From Eledone cirrhosa (taxonomy: Eukaryota): a stretch of 60,680 bases of DNA. The translations under genes and the position numbers were made by a program. The notes beneath the pieces are model-generated. The model saw only the letters and a list, made by a program, of their open reading frames with translations, did not search any database and was not told the origin of the DNA. The stretch lies in the NCBI GenBank assembly GCA_964016885.1, contig CAXHJY010001009.1, forward strand, positions 1 through 60,680, read 5' to 3'. This document shows positions 12,507 to 26,939 of this stretch, piece after piece (position 1 is the stretch's first letter; each line of letters opens with the position of its first letter).

Positions 12507-13874
12507 ATGTCTGAATATAGCTGTGAGATTTGCAGGAAAACTTTCTCTTCAAAACTGAAACTATCCTCGCATGGGAAATTACACAGTGGAGAAAAACCCT
12601 TCCACTGTGAAATATGTGGTAAATCTTTTCTCTTCAACAGTGACTTGAAAAGGCATATAAGAACACACACTGGAGAAAAACCTTATTCATGTGAAATATG
12701 TGGGAAATCATTTTCTCGTGGTTCTCATCTTGTACGTCACAAGAGAACACACACAGGAGAAAAACCTTATTCATGTGAAATATGTGGGAAATCTTTTTCT
12801 GATGGTTCTGACCTTATAAAACACAAAAGAATACACACAGGAGAAAAACCCATTCATTGTGAAATATGTGGGAAATCTTTTGTCTCCAAGGACTTGAAAA
12901 CGCATATAAGAACACACACTGGAGAAAAACCTTATTCATGTGAAATATGTGGGAAATCCTTTTCTCATTGTTCTATTCTTATAGTTCACAAAAGAATACA
13001 CACAGGAGAAAAACCTTATTCATGTGAAATATGTGGGAAATCTTTTTCTCGTAATTCTACTCTTGTCATCCATATACGAAGTCACACTGGTGAAAAACTT
13101 CTTCACTGTGAAATATGTGGGAAATCTTTTGTCTGCAACAGTGGCTTGAAAAGACATAGAACAACACACGATGAAGAAAAGCCCTGCCACTGTGAAACAT
13201 GTGGTAAATCTTTCTGCAATAATTCTACTCTTGTCATCCACATACGAGGTCACACTGGAGAGAAACCCTTCCATTGTGAAATATGTGGGAAATCATTTGC
13301 CTCCAACAGTGACTTGAAAAGACATACCACAACACACACAGGAGAAAAATCTTATTCATGTGAAATATGTGGGAAATCTTTTTCTGAAGGTTCTACACTT
13401 GTACGTCACAAAAGAATACACACAGGAGAAAAACCTTATTCATGTGAAATATGTGGGAAATCTTTTTCTGATGGTTCTAGTCTTGTAAAACACAAGAGAA
13501 TACACACAGGAGAAAAACCCTTCCATTGTGAAATATGTGGGAAATCTTTTTCTAGAAATTCTACACTTGTAGATCACAAAAGAATACACACTGGTGAAAA
13601 ACACTTCCATTGTGAAATATGTGGGAAATCTTTTTCTCAAGGTTCTCATCTTGTAGATCACAAAAGAATACACACAGGAGAAAAACCTTATTCATGTGAA
13701 ATATGTGGGAAATCTTTTTCTCAAGGTTCTACTCTTGTACGGCACAAAAGAATACACACAGGTGAAAAACCCTTCGATTGTGAAATATGTGGGAAATCTT
13801 TTACTCGGAAGGTCCGACTTGAAGATCACAAAACAATACATACTGGTGAAAAACACTTCCAATGTGAAATATGA
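12507..13874 (+). CDS. Poly-C2H2 zinc-finger protein, paralog 1 (16 complete fingers; TGA in finger 17)
   Basis: 455-aa ORF of CEICGKSF...H...HTGEKP repeats. Finger-like sequence continues past the stop to ~14010. Confidence 0.85.
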   Translation: MSEYSCEICRKTFSSKLKLSSHGKLHSGEKPFHCEICGKSFLFNSDLKRHIRTHTGEKPYSCEICGKSFSRGSHLVRHKRTHTGEKPYSCEICGKSFSDGSDLIKHKRIHTGEKPIHCEICGKSFVSKDLKTHIRTHTGEKPYSCEICGKSFSHCSILIVHKRIHTGEKPYSCEICGKSFSRNSTLVIHIRSHTGEKLLHCEICGKSFVCNSGLKRHRTTHDEEKPCHCETCGKSFCNNSTLVIHIRGHTGEKPFHCEICGKSFASNSDLKRHTTTHTGEKSYSCEICGKSFSEGSTLVRHKRIHTGEKPYSCEICGKSFSDGSSLVKHKRIHTGEKPFHCEICGKSFSRNSTLVDHKRIHTGEKHFHCEICGKSFSQGSHLVDHKRIHTGEKPYSCEICGKSFSQGSTLVRHKRIHTGEKPFDCEICGKSFTRKVRLEDHKTIHTGEKHFQCEI

Positions 13875-14039
<165 letters not shown>

Positions 14040-14155
14040 TGAAACAAATATACAGACACTGCATAAGAAAATATGGAGCTTGAGAAATCCTTCTCTTATA
14101 CATCTCAACATATGTATATATATATATATGTGTGTGTATATATATATATATATAT

Positions 14156-14435
14156 ATGTTCAATTCTCAGACAGGGTGATGTGTTGTTTCCTTGAGCAAG
14201 ACACTTTATTTCACATTGCTCCAGTTTACTCAGCTGTAGAAATGAGATGATAGGGACTGGGGTCCATATCATTCCACTACAAAGTGGTCGTGTAGGCGCC
14301 ACGGAAAAAAATCACCCAGCACTCACTGTAAATGAGGTTGGTGTTAGGAAGGGCATCCAGCTGTAGAAATCAAGCCAGAATCAGTTTCCGTCCCACCCTT
14401 GCAAGCATGGAAAAGTGGACGTAAAATGATGATGA
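14156..14435 (+). mobile_element. SINE family 2 (CORE-like centre, RTE-type 3' tail), 5'-truncated
   Basis: CCTTGAGCAAGACACTT core and tail CCCACCCTTGCAAGCATGGAAAAGTGGACGTAAAATGATGATGAT. A full copy lies at 29901-30239(-). Confidence 0.75.
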
Positions 14436-14492
14436 TATATATTATATATGTGTATATATGTTTTTTTAATATATATATATTACTCCCTCAAA

Positions 14493-14776
14493 TGGAAGAA
14501 ATATACTCCCATATATCGAAGATTACCACAATAACTAGGGAGAAGAGGACAAGATATGCTGGACATTGCTACTGAAGAATGGATGACCTGATTCGCTGGC
14601 TACTGTGGTGGATACCGAAACATAGTAAGGCCCTATTGGGATGACTGAGATTGACCTACATAGATCAGATGTCTTTGGATGTCCAGCTGGAGATTAATGA
14701 TCTCAGGAATGCCATGGAAGATCATGACATCTAAAAGAGAAGAGTATAATAGTTCTGGCCAATCCACCTGACCTAA
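14493..14776 (+). mobile_element. Old RTE 3'-end relic downstream of each ZNF paralog
   Basis: Translates to RRRTRYAGHC...LTYIDQ...DLRNAMED. Copies at ~20879-21160, ~37754-37945 and ~48108-48390. Confidence 0.65.
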
Positions 14777-16274
14777 TTATTAATAATTGTTTCTGCTTTT
14801 GGCACAAGGCCAGCAATTATTCCAGTGTATTACTGGTACTTTATTTTATTGACCGTGTAAGGATGAAAGACAAAGTTAACCTCAGCGGGATTTGAACTCA
14901 GATCATAAAGGGCCGTAACTCTTTGCTGCAGTAATAATTGTTTCTACTTTTGGCACAAGGCCAGCAAATATCCAGTACATTACTGGTACTTTATTTTATC
15001 AACCCTGTAAAGATGAAAGGCAAAGTTGACCTCGGCGGGGGCAATAATAATGATAATAATATATATTAATGAAAATTAATTATGGTGAAATCTGTTGGAA
15101 ATCATTCTCAGAGGTTTTCTATTGTAATCCACAAATACACTCTGTAGAAGGTTCCACTTCATATTATTTGTCATTGAGGGTGGTGGATAGGCAGAATCGG
15201 TAGAGTGTCAGACAACATACTTTGTCATATAGTTACAGCCCTTTACGTTCTGTGTTAAAATCTTGCAGAGGTTAGCTTTACTTTTCTACCTTCACAGGTT
15301 CAGTAAAACAAAGTACCAGCAATGCACTGATTTAATCAACTTTCTCCTTCCCTTCAAATTACTGGCCTTGTGTCAAAAGTAGAAATATTTATTTAATTTC
15401 TATAAAACAATGGATAGAATGCTTTGTACCATATTTGTTCTTATTTTCTGCTCACTGAGCTTAAAATCCTGCTGAGGTCAACTTTGCCTTTTGTCCATTC
15501 AAGGTTAAGGAAAAAGTACCTGTCTACCACTAGGGTCTGTTCTTCCTCTCTCTCCTTCTCTGGAAGAAATCAATTGTTCTAACCTGGAGAGGGAAGGGTT
15601 CCACCAAGCTTCAAATGCCCACAGTGGCACCCCTGTGACTCCATCAGTTCAAGAAAAATAAAACAAAAGATTTATGTGTTTCTTTTAAAAACCCTGACTG
15701 GTTTATGTTTCTGTTTGTGACAAAATATCCACATTTATGTGTAAATAAAATCAGTTTTATAACTTTAATATTTGTTGGATGGTACTTTCATGACAGTTCA
15801 AATTATGACTTTTTGAAAAAATAATTAACAATTAAAATTACTTTACAAGTTTCTTCTCTTGCCAAATGCAGGTTTGGTAGGACCCTTCAATTCTGTCAAA
15901 GACATGACAACCTCTTTAGTACTGGTGTCACAATAAAATACACTCAGTAGAATGTGGTACCATATGTAAGAGAGATGTGGTCTCACATCCCACCCTTATC
16001 TGTGAAGACCTTTAATGATGATCTATGATGTCATTGTTGCCAAGCTGTTTCAGATATTCCCTTGGACAACATTATATATAATGCATAGGTAGTATATATA
16101 TAGTTTATATATTGTCTATATGTAGCATGTACTCTATATACGTAGTATTTATATATATATAGCATATATATTGTGCATATGTAGCATATATAGATCGTGT
16201 ATATATTGTGTATATGTAGCACATACACTATATATATAGTATTTATATATATATACACTGTATATTTTGTGTAT

Positions 16275-16615
16275 CATTATCATTACATCTACTTTTCCAT
16301 GCTTGCATGGGTTGGACGGGTCCTTCTCAGCACAGCATCTTTCCTTTACCATAGATGCATTCCTTTGTCATCTCTTCCAGTTTTAGTGATTTGACTCAAG
16401 CTCACACATTTACCCGTGACTTTCTTGGTCATCTTCTGCGGCTTCCTTCCACTGGGATTTCCTCAGCTTTTCTCACACATTTACAATGCACATCCAACAA
16501 AACATGGTTGCTTCATTTCTCTCCAGTCTAATCGCATCCTCTGCAGTCACAGCCCATGTCTCTCTACCTTGCAGTATCACACTCTTCACTCAGACATCAT
16601 ATACCATTCCTTTCA
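16275..16615 (-). mobile_element. RTE 3' fragment
   Basis: Minus-strand RTE tail and C-terminal RT remnant. A longer homologue lies in the same flanking context at ~39140-39790. Confidence 0.65.
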
Positions 16616-17346
16616 GATTGGCAGTATCGGTAGAGGGTCGAATGCCATGCTTTTCAGCAAAGAGCTACGGCCCTTTATGGTCTGAGTTCAAGTCCTGCCG
16701 AGGTTAACTTTGCCTTTCATCCTTATGAGGTCGATAAAATAAAGTACCAGTAATGCACTGCGATAATTGCTGGCCTTGTGCCAAAAGTAAAAATAATTTT
16801 TTTTTTTCAAATTTTTGATTGTCAACATTAGGGTGTGTCCTTGAGGACAAAGCGTCTTTTATGCCGGGAAATACATATATATATATATATATATATATGT
16901 AGTGTATATATATATATATAGACTGTATAGTGCATATATATATATATATGATAAATATTGGTGATAGGAAGGGCATCCAGCTATCAAAAACCTGCGAAAG
17001 AAAGTTGGGCAGACCCTTTTGATGTGTAAAGGACATGACAATCACTTTAGTATTGGTGCCACAACAAAATACACCCAGTAGAATGTGTGACCATATGTAA
17101 CTGAGAGGAGGACCCCAACCCTACGAAATTGGACATTAAAGGATGATGAGCTGTGACATCACAGGGGTCAACCTGTTTCAGCCATACCTTTGGACAGCAT
17201 TATATATGGTCTATATATATTGGACAATATTTAATATCGTGTATATAGAAGTTTTGACAACGATTTCGATAAAATAAAGCACCAGTAATACATTGGGATA
17301 ATTGCTGGCCTTGTGCCAAAAGTAGAAACAATTATATATATACATA

Positions 17347-18224
17347 CTAGCAGTGGTACCCGGCGTTGCACGGGATAAGGTATTTTGGAACGCGGCTGCC
17401 AACAGACCTAATCATGGAAAAACTGCATGCGTGGACAATATGTAAAGAAAATAAACTGGATAATCTAAGATTTTCCTCGATTAAGCAGGAAAAATGCAGG
17501 CTTTCACCTAATGCGGGCCCTAGGGGATCAAGAAAATGAATTTTTTTTATGTGCATAATATGCCTTGAAATTTCGGGAAAATCGGCTAGACGTAACACCT
17601 CAAAGAGGCCCTAAAAAGCTGAAAAAATGAAGTTTTTCACTTAATGCAGGCTCTAGGCCATAAAAAAGTTGGATTTTATTGCTCACCATATGAAGAAGAG
17701 ACTGACTAATACATAGTTACAATTTCAAGGAAATCAGTCCTGACTTTACGACTCTAAAAACCCGAAAAAACGCAGTTTTTACACTAATGCGGGCCCTAGG
17801 GGATCAAAAAGTTGAATTTTATGTGCATAACACTCCCTGAAACATACGTAATACACATGTAAAGTTTGAAAAAAGTTGGTTGGGTACTTCTCGAGTTTTA
17901 GGGATTCAAACTCACACACATACAGACAGACATCCTCAGGGAAGTGACGTAATGCAGGCAGTCAGACATACAGACAGATATTATAAGGGTGCGACGTTAT
18001 ATGTATCTATCTATAAAGAGAAAGACTAAGAATTATAGAGAGAGATCGCTAAATCGCCTAATGCGGTCCCTAGGGCATTACAAATTTGAAATGCTCAGAA
18101 CACTCTCTGAAACATAATTATTACATGTGTAAAGTTTGAAAACAGTCGGTTGTGTGGTTCTCGAGTTTTAGGGATTTAAACTCACACACACACAGACAGA
18201 CATCCTCAGTTTTATATATATAGA
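17347..18224 (-). mobile_element. Non-autonomous Helitron
   Basis: Minus strand starts TCTATATAT and ends CTAG after the hairpin CCCGTGCAACGCCGGG. It is inserted at A^T without a TSD, and the empty site TACATA^TGTACAC is at ~4917-4929. Internal repeats CTAATGCGGGCCCTAGGG. Confidence 0.9.
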
Positions 18225-19813
18225 TGTACACACACTGACAAACATGTATATTTATATACGATGTTCGGCTGAAGAGTTCATAGGCTGACCAAGTTACTCT
18301 CATGTAATATGACGATGTATACACACAAATATATATTTATACATATGTATACAAACAAATATATATTTTAAAGTAAAGTCATACAGCGTATTGCAATATC
18401 ATGTTTTCAACTCTTAGCGAGGTAGGTACAAGTAGCAGAATTAGTTGGAAGTTTAGCATGGGTTGGATTATTCTCTGCCTCCAACCCTTTCACTGCAGCC
18501 ACAAACCCAGGCTTTACTACCTGCAGTAGAGAGAAGAGGAAAATATTTAAATACCGGGGCCTGACTAACCACTTCCTCTTTGACCCCCCACACTGCTGAT
18601 TTCCTCCTCAAAATTAGAAAGACAACAGCCCACTTCAGAAAGGAGTTCCATGAGGTGGGGTGTATGATGTAGTGGGTCTATGACTATTCTCATTCTGTCT
18701 GTAAGGTGGGGCTGAATCACAGCTCAGACTGGAATATAGTGTCTGTCCCTCTCCCATTATTTTCGTTGCTTGATACGTTTTCGTTTTTCTTCTTTACATT
18801 TCCATGGATTGGCAGTATCAGTCGGACGCCATGCTTTGCAGCAAAGAGTTACGGCCCTTTATGGTCTGAGTTCAAATCCCGCCGAAGTTAACTTTACCTT
18901 TCATCCTTATGGGGTCGATAAAATATAGTACCAGTAATACACTGTGATAATTGCTGGCCTTGTGCCAAAAGTAGAAACAATTATTTTCGTTGCTTGATTC
19001 GTTTTCGTTTTTCTTTACATTTCCATTTCTTAAATATTTTATTACTTTTAATAATGTGTTTTGTTTTAATATGAACAGTTATGTAAAATTATGAATTAAT
19101 ATGACGTAAGGTTTTTCTGAATATTTTAAATTATGTAAGGAACTTTTAAGTCATGACACCGGCTTCTAGTAGCCAGCAGTAAATTATCCACATCGGCTCC
19201 TTCGTGACAACTTAAACCTCATCTAATTTTATCTTTTATGGTGATTATTTCATATTAAGGTGAACGTTATTGTTTGTAAATAACAGAAGGTGACTTATTT
19301 ACCTTATAATTGTTTTATCACCTGTATTATTAAATATTTCATTTCATCACAAACAACACCCAACATCGTGAAGTGGTTGTTCAACATTTTACAGGACAGG
19401 AAAATATTATTTTAATCAGAAATCAGTGAACAATTAGTTTTTACTAAATTTTCTTGACTTTATATTTGGTCTTGAAAACTAAAGTACGTATTATTTCTTT
19501 TTCCATCACAGCACGGACATTGTGAACTTTTCTACTATCTGAAGTGAAATATCTTGATTTATTACAACATATTTCTACACACACACACACACACCTATTT
19601 CTCTCATACATACACACTGTATATATATATATATATATTAACCTTCGTCTTTTGAAATTATGAATATTAATTCTCTTGTGACCTGTACTGTCCTCAATAA
19701 CAAGAACCTTAACTTTCGAAGTCCTATTCGTCTGTTTTATGAGCTGAGGATTTTAGTGTGAATAGAGCTTCTCTCACCTTACCAAAAATAATAGTGGAAT
19801 ACTCCACAAGAAT

Positions 19814-19847
<34 letters not shown>

Positions 19848-20035
19848 CACTTACTTTTTCTTCATCCAAGATTAGTTTAACGCTGTCATACGTCTTATTA
19901 CGTGTACTTACTTTGTAGAAGAAAGTCGAGTTCTGCAGTCTTTTATGGACACTGTATATTAGGCTACATGGTATCTATTAACGATATCTAAATTTATTAA
20001 TATATGAGTAAAAGTGGTGAGAATCCTTTATGTAA

Positions 20036-20722
<687 letters not shown>

Positions 20723-21173
20723 TAAACCCCATCACTGAAATGTGAAACACAAATATACAGGGACACTCCGGATTGAAGAAGATAAAATGTGAAGGTTGAG
20801 AGATCCTTCTGTTATACATCTCAAAATATATGTCTGTGTGTCTGTATATGTATATATATTTATATTATATATACTCACGGAAGAAATATACTCCCATATA
20901 TCGAAGATTACCACAATAACTAGGGAACAGAGGAAAATATATGCTGGACATTGCTACTGAAGAATGAATGACCTGATGCGCTGGCTACTGTGGTGGATAT
21001 CTAAACATAGTAAGACCCTAGTGGGATGACTGAGATTGACCTACATAGATCAGATGTCTCTGGATGTCCAGCTGGGGATTAATGATCTCAGGAATGCCAT
21101 GGAAGAATGTGACATCTAAAAGAGAGAGTAGAATTGTTCTGGCCAATCCAGCTGACCTAATTAATAATAATGG

Positions 21174-21892
21174 TCTCTCTCTATATAAAATCCTTTGTCT
21201 GTCTCTTCCTTTACCTTCTCAAACAGCTGGAGCAAATCAAATCAAATCAAATTCTACAAGGTCTTAGGCCCTGGGAGTGTCAACATGTCATTTTTATTTT
21301 CATTTGGATTAAAACAATATGACATTTTATCTAAAATAATATTTCTATAGTGAACTATACTAAAGTACCATGACGATGACGTCACATTGTGTATGTGTCT
21401 GTCTGTCTGTCTGTGAGTGAGTGTGTGTGTGTTTGTGAGTTGGTTACATATGTTTGGCCCCAGAGAACTAAACACACATCTACACATACAGATACATATG
21501 TGATGACAGACAGGTGTGTGTGAATGTATGTCTGTCTCAGTATATGTATGAGTGTACGTGTGTGTGATAATTTTTATTTTCATTTGGTGTAGCGAATGTA
21601 AAAAAATTTAGGTGGAAATCTATGTGTGTGTCTGTCTTAGTTTATGTATGTGAGAGTGTATGTGCGTAGCAACAATTTATTTATTTTGACACCAACAAAA
21701 AATGACATAATGAATATTGTTTACCCTAAGGTGCTTCAAGATTTACAGATTTTCCTTTCTAAATGTTATTATCATTGCAATTTTGATATTTTTTTTATAA
21801 AATAATTATGAGAAAAAAAAACCTTCATATTCATTGTTTACTAATCTGAATAAAACAGCAGTAACATGGGCAACGCCAGGTAATTCTGCTAG
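21174..21892 (+). mobile_element. Non-autonomous Helitron (degenerate)
   Basis: TCTCTCTCTATATAAAA start, GGGCAACGCCAGG hairpin remnant, then CTAG^T. Absent from the paralogous downstream modules. Confidence 0.7.
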
Positions 21893-23689
21893 TAATAATA
21901 TATATTAATGAAAATTAATTATGGTGAAATATGTTAGAAATCATTCTCAGCGGTTTTGTATTGTAATCCACGAATACACCCTGTAGAAATTTCCACTGCA
22001 TATTATTTGTCATTAAGGTTTCTTACAGAGACACAATCACATTTCATTGATGAGGGTGGTGGGTTGGCAGAATCAGTAGAGCGTCAAACAACATACTTTC
22101 TGTCATATAGTTATAGTCCTTTACATTCTGTGTTAAAATCCTGCTGAGGTTAGCTTTACTTTTCTTCCTCACAGGTTCAGTAAAATAAAGTACCAGTAAT
22201 GCACTGGGGTTGATTTAATCAACTTTCTCCTTTCCTTCCAAATGCTGGCCTTGAGTTAAAAGTAGAAACATTTATTTAACATCTATAAAACGATGGATAT
22301 AATACTTTCTGCCATATTTTTTCTGGTTCTCTGCTCTCTGAGCTTAAATGTCGACTTTGCCTTTTCCCCATTCAATGTTGATAAAAAAAAAAGGAACAAG
22401 TCTAGCGCTGGGGTCTGTTCTGCCTCTATATTGCCATTCTGTCATTGTCTCTCCTTCTCTGGAAGAAATCAACTGTTCAAACCTGGTGAGTGAAGGGCTC
22501 CACCAAGCTTCAAATGACCACAGTGGCACCCTTATGACTACATCATTTAAAAAAACAAAACAAAAGATTTATGTGTTTATTTTATAAACCTTGACTGGTT
22601 TATATTTATATTTATGACAAAATATCCATGTGTATTATGTGTAAATAAAACCAATTTTATAACTTTAATATTTGTTGGATGGTACTTTCATGACAGTTAA
22701 AATTATTAACATTTGAAAATACTTTACAACTTTCTTCTTTTTCTTCACCCATTTATTCCTCAGCGTTGTAGGGGGTTGAGTCCTCACACACCCCTTCTAG
22801 GTCCTATGTGTGTAAAATTTCCTCTATACACTACACACACATCCTGCCACACCACATTCAACACACATACAAACCAGGTAGTTATAGCAACTCAGTATCT
22901 TGGTTTTAATGATTTTTTTTTTTTGTAACAAATCTCAACATCACAGACCTTACCAAGTGGAGTGGAACTCATCAGATTGGACCAAGGAAACAATGTTTCC
23001 ATTGGTCTTTCCAATTGATGATATAATCTACAATCTACCAGTTGTAACTCCTGGTAGGTAGAACAAGGTGAAATAAAGTGTCATCTAGTCTAGGAATTGA
23101 ACTCAGAACCTCATGATTGTCAATCCAACTCTCTTACCACTAAGCCACATGTCTTCCTAAGTTTCAGTGATAGTGGACAGAAAATGATGATGATGGTCAT
23201 TTTATTTGATAGATTGACTAGTTGGTAATCTCAGTGCCTGATTTTCTCCTCAAAATTAGAAAGACAATAGCCCACTTCAGGAATGAGTCCCATAAGGTGG
23301 AGTGGATGTTACAGTGGGTGTCTCTGGCTATTCTCTGTGGTAACACCTTTGCATTTTGTCTGTAGGGTGGGGCTGAGTTACAGCTCAGACAGGAGTATAG
23401 TGTCTGTCCCTCTCCCATTAGGTGGATTGGCAGTATGAGTAGAGGGTCGGACGCCATGCTTTGCAGCATAGAGTCACGTCCCTTTAATAGGTGGAACACA
23501 CTAATAAATAGACGCACTCTGAAAGGAAGAATATATGTGAAGCTTGAAAAATCCGGTAAATCCGATAAATATTTCATTTAATCACAAATAACCACCAACA
23601 TCTGAAGTGATTGTTCAACATTTTACAGGACAGGAAAATGTTTTTTTAATCAGAAATCAGTGAACAATTAGTTCTTCCTAACTTATCTC

Positions 23690-24510
23690 AGAGGGCTCTG
23701 TAGAAACAGTAGATATCTCCTACTACTTAGGTGACCGAATTAGCAGCGGTGTTGGGTGTTCTGAAAGTACAGTAGCCAGAGGAAGTTCAGGGAGCTACTG
23801 CCACAGCTGGCTACGAAAGGCTTCTCCCCCAGATGAAAGACAGACTATATGATGCGTGTGTATGTACAGTTATTATACATGGTAGTGAGACTTGGGCGCT
23901 GTGTGCAGAAGACTTGTGTAGATTGGAAAGAAATGAAGCCTGCATGCTCCGATGGATGTGTAATAGTAATATGCGAGAATGCCAAAGCATAATGAACTGA
24001 GAGAGAAACTAGGCATAAAAGAAATGAAATGCTGTGTGCAGGAGAGGAGATTGCATGGTATGGACATATGTTGCATATGAAGGATGACAGCTGCATAAAA
24101 AAGGGCAGAACGCCCAAAGTCATTGGAAAACTTGGCTTGGGGAGACCTGGGATGAGGTGATAAATACCAACCTTGCCCAATTGCACCTCTCAGAAGAGAT
24201 GACACATGACCAGGATCTCTGGAGATGTGCAGTAATACAGAAGACCCGACTTCCCACTAGCACAAGCTGAAGCATATGTACAGCATGCCACGCCCGCAAC
24301 ACCCCCCAGCTGTAGAGTGGACGTGTAAAAGACATGGCAAAAAGCACCCAGCCCACACTGTCAATGTGGTCGGTATTAGGAAGCCAGCCAGAAACACCCC
24401 TATATGTGTGGTCACGGTCACCCGACAAAACTTGCCTCAAAATAGGACCCGTCTAACCCATGCTATCGTGCAAGATGGATGTTAATTGAGGATGGTGATG
24501 ATGATGATAT
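23690..24510 (+). mobile_element. RTE 3' fragment (degraded)
   Basis: YLGDRISSG..., HGSETWA, RNEACMLRWMC and a (GAT)n tail; similar to 51100-52160. Confidence 0.8.
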
Positions 24511-24539
24511 ATTTGTAGTGTATACATAGTATGTATAGT

Positions 24540-25051
24540 GCATATATGTATATATATATATACACATACATATGATAAATGCTGGGGTCAAGCTCTTTCA
24601 GACCTTCCTCTGGACAACATTGTGTATAATGTATGTATATATGTAGTATATGTATATATATATATATGTATGTATATTATATATATATGTATTTTATATA
24701 TGTATATATAAATTTGTTTGTATATATATATTTTATATATATATATATTTTATATATATATATATTTTATATATATATAAATCTTATATATATATAAATC
24801 TTATATATATAATTGTTATACTTTGGGATTATATATATAAATCTTATATATATAATTGTTATATATATAATTGTTATACTTATATATATAATTCAGAAAC
24901 GAAATTATATATATAAATTATATATATATATAAATTTTATATATATAAATTATATATATAAATTATATAAATTATATATATAAATTATATAAATTATATA
25001 TATATATATATATAAATTTTATATATATATATATAAATTATATATATATAT

Positions 25052-25094
<43 letters not shown>

Positions 25095-25109
25095 TATATA
25101 TATATATAT

Positions 25110-25140
<31 letters not shown>

Positions 25141-25666
25141 AAATTTTATATATATATATATATATAAATTTTATATATATATATATATATAAATTTTATA
25201 TATATATATATATATAAATTTTATATATATATATATAAAAATTTTATATATATATATATAAAAATTTTATATATATATATATAAAAATTTTATATATATA
25301 TATATAAATTTTATATATATATATATATATAAAAATTTTATATATATATATATAAAAATTTTATATATATATATATAAATTTTATATATATATATATATA
25401 TAAAAATTTTATATATATATATATAAATTTTATATATATATATATATATATATAAATTTTATATATATATATATATATATATAAATTTTATATATATATA
25501 TATATATATAAATTTTATATATATATATATATATAAATTTTATATATATATATATATATATAAATTTTATATATATATATATATATATAAATTTTATATA
25601 TATATATATTTATATAAATTTTATATATATATATATATAAATTTTATATATATATATATATATATA

Positions 25667-25697
<31 letters not shown>

Positions 25698-25778
25698 AAT
25701 TTTATATATATATATATATATAAATTTTATATATATATATATATATATAAATTTTATATATATATATATATATATATA

Positions 25779-25809
<31 letters not shown>

Positions 25810-25942
25810 AATTTTATATATATATATATATATAAATTTTATATATATATATATATAAATTTTATATATATATATATATATATAAATTTTATATATATAT
25901 ATATATATATATAAATTTTATATATATATATATATATATATA

Positions 25943-25975
<33 letters not shown>

Positions 25976-26210
25976 ATGTATAATCAGTTGTTACTTCTTC
26001 AGAGATATTGGATAAATTGAATTTATCCAATATCTCTGAAGAAGTGACAACTGATTATACTTTGCTATCGAATACTTGCTAACATTATATGATTACGCAA
26101 GCAGCGATACATTGGTATTCCGTCTGTTACCGTATGTCAATACCTAATAAATTCCTTTATAAAAGCACTTTCATTTTATATTCATCTTTTCTATATATAT
26201 ATATATATGT

Positions 26211-26305
<95 letters not shown>

Positions 26306-26307
26306 GT

Positions 26308-26345
<38 letters not shown>

Positions 26346-26377
26346 GTTATATATATATATATGTTATATATATATGT

Positions 26378-26415
<38 letters not shown>

Positions 26416-26434
26416 GTTATATATATATATATGT

Positions 26435-26474
<40 letters not shown>

Positions 26475-26546
26475 GTTATATATATATATATATGTTATAT
26501 ATATATATATGTTATATATATATATATGTTATATATATATATATGT

Positions 26547-26580
<34 letters not shown>

Positions 26581-26861
26581 GTTATATATATATATGTTAT
26601 ATATATATATATGTTATATATATATATGTTATATATATATATATGTTATATATATATATATGTTATATATATATATATGTTATATATATATATTATATAT
26701 ATATATTATATATATATATATGTTATATATATATATATGTTATATATATATATATGTTATATATATATATATGTTATATATATATATATATATGTTATAT
26801 ATATATATATATATGTTATATATATATATATATAATATATATATATATATATGTTATATAT

Positions 26862-26939
<78 letters not shown>

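Noticed and set aside
12590-13860. Constant/variable 84-bp periodicity resembling a CRISPR array
   Set aside because: These are coding C2H2 finger repeats in a eukaryotic gene; no cas genes are present.
13872-13874. Rescue of the ZNF stop by A-to-I editing
   Set aside because: UGA edited to UGI reads as Trp, not the required Cys, and the downstream fingers are already damaged.
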